DNA from: Raja brachyura
Taxonomy: Eukaryota
Assembly (NCBI GenBank): GCA_963514005.1
Contig: OY740798.1
Coordinates: forward strand, 33,046,001 to 33,110,000
Direction of reading: 5' to 3'
Length of the DNA stretch: 64,000 nt
Positions 63,840-64,000 of this stretch are shown here, one piece after another (position 1 is the stretch's first letter; every line of letters begins with the position of its first letter). Both the position numbers and the translations under genes were made by a program. The notes under the pieces are model-generated. The model saw only the letters and a list, made by a program, of their open reading frames with translations, was not told where the DNA came from and ran no database searches.

Positions 63840-64000
63840 TTTTAGTTTTTTTGTTTAGAGATAATTTAGTGAACAGGCCCTTTGGCCCATCAAATCCGCG
63901 CCAACCACAATCCCATACATTAACATTATCTTACATACCAGGGAAAATGTACAATTTTACCTAAGCCAATTAACCTATAAACCTGTACGTCATTGGAGTG
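63840..64000 (-). mobile_element. HE1-type SINE 3' half, runs off the window end
   Basis: Reverse complement of the SINE tail and central domain. Confidence 0.7.

Noticed and set aside
58601-64000. Terminal TH exon (RPFSV.FDPYT, tetramerisation helix)
   Set aside because: No matching frame found; the region is mostly LINEs, so the exon presumably lies downstream. This is not evidence of truncation.

Overview
Vertebrate nuclear DNA, most likely from an elasmobranch (skate/ray/shark, inferred from the HE1-type SINEs and CR1/HER1-type LINEs). The window holds the promoter and coding exons 1-12 of a plus-strand tyrosine hydroxylase gene (TH1-like; 15007-58600; 1313 coding nt joined by GT-AG introns in consistent phase). 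The last exon lies beyond the window. The rest is repeat-rich: CR1, L1/Tx1 and Rex-Babar-like LINEs, Penelope-like (GIY-YIG) fragments, many tRNA-derived SINEs, a Harbinger-like MITE, microsatellites and two assembly gaps. Main observations: (1) a family of ~90-130 bp units flanked by direct repeats, each carrying a minimal hammerhead-ribozyme core (CUGAAGA-A-stem II-GAAACGUH) and derived from the Penelope terminal repeat; (2) an ETNPPL-like retrocopy of an apparently partly spliced transcript fused to a CR1 3' tail; (3) a 150-bp CpG-rich orphan insertion with an 11-bp duplication; (4) a perfect DR5 element and co-oriented CTCF-like motifs in TH introns; (5) radical substitutions at usually conserved hydroxylase residues. 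All family assignments come from recalled sequences and motifs, with no database search; repeat boundaries are approximate.
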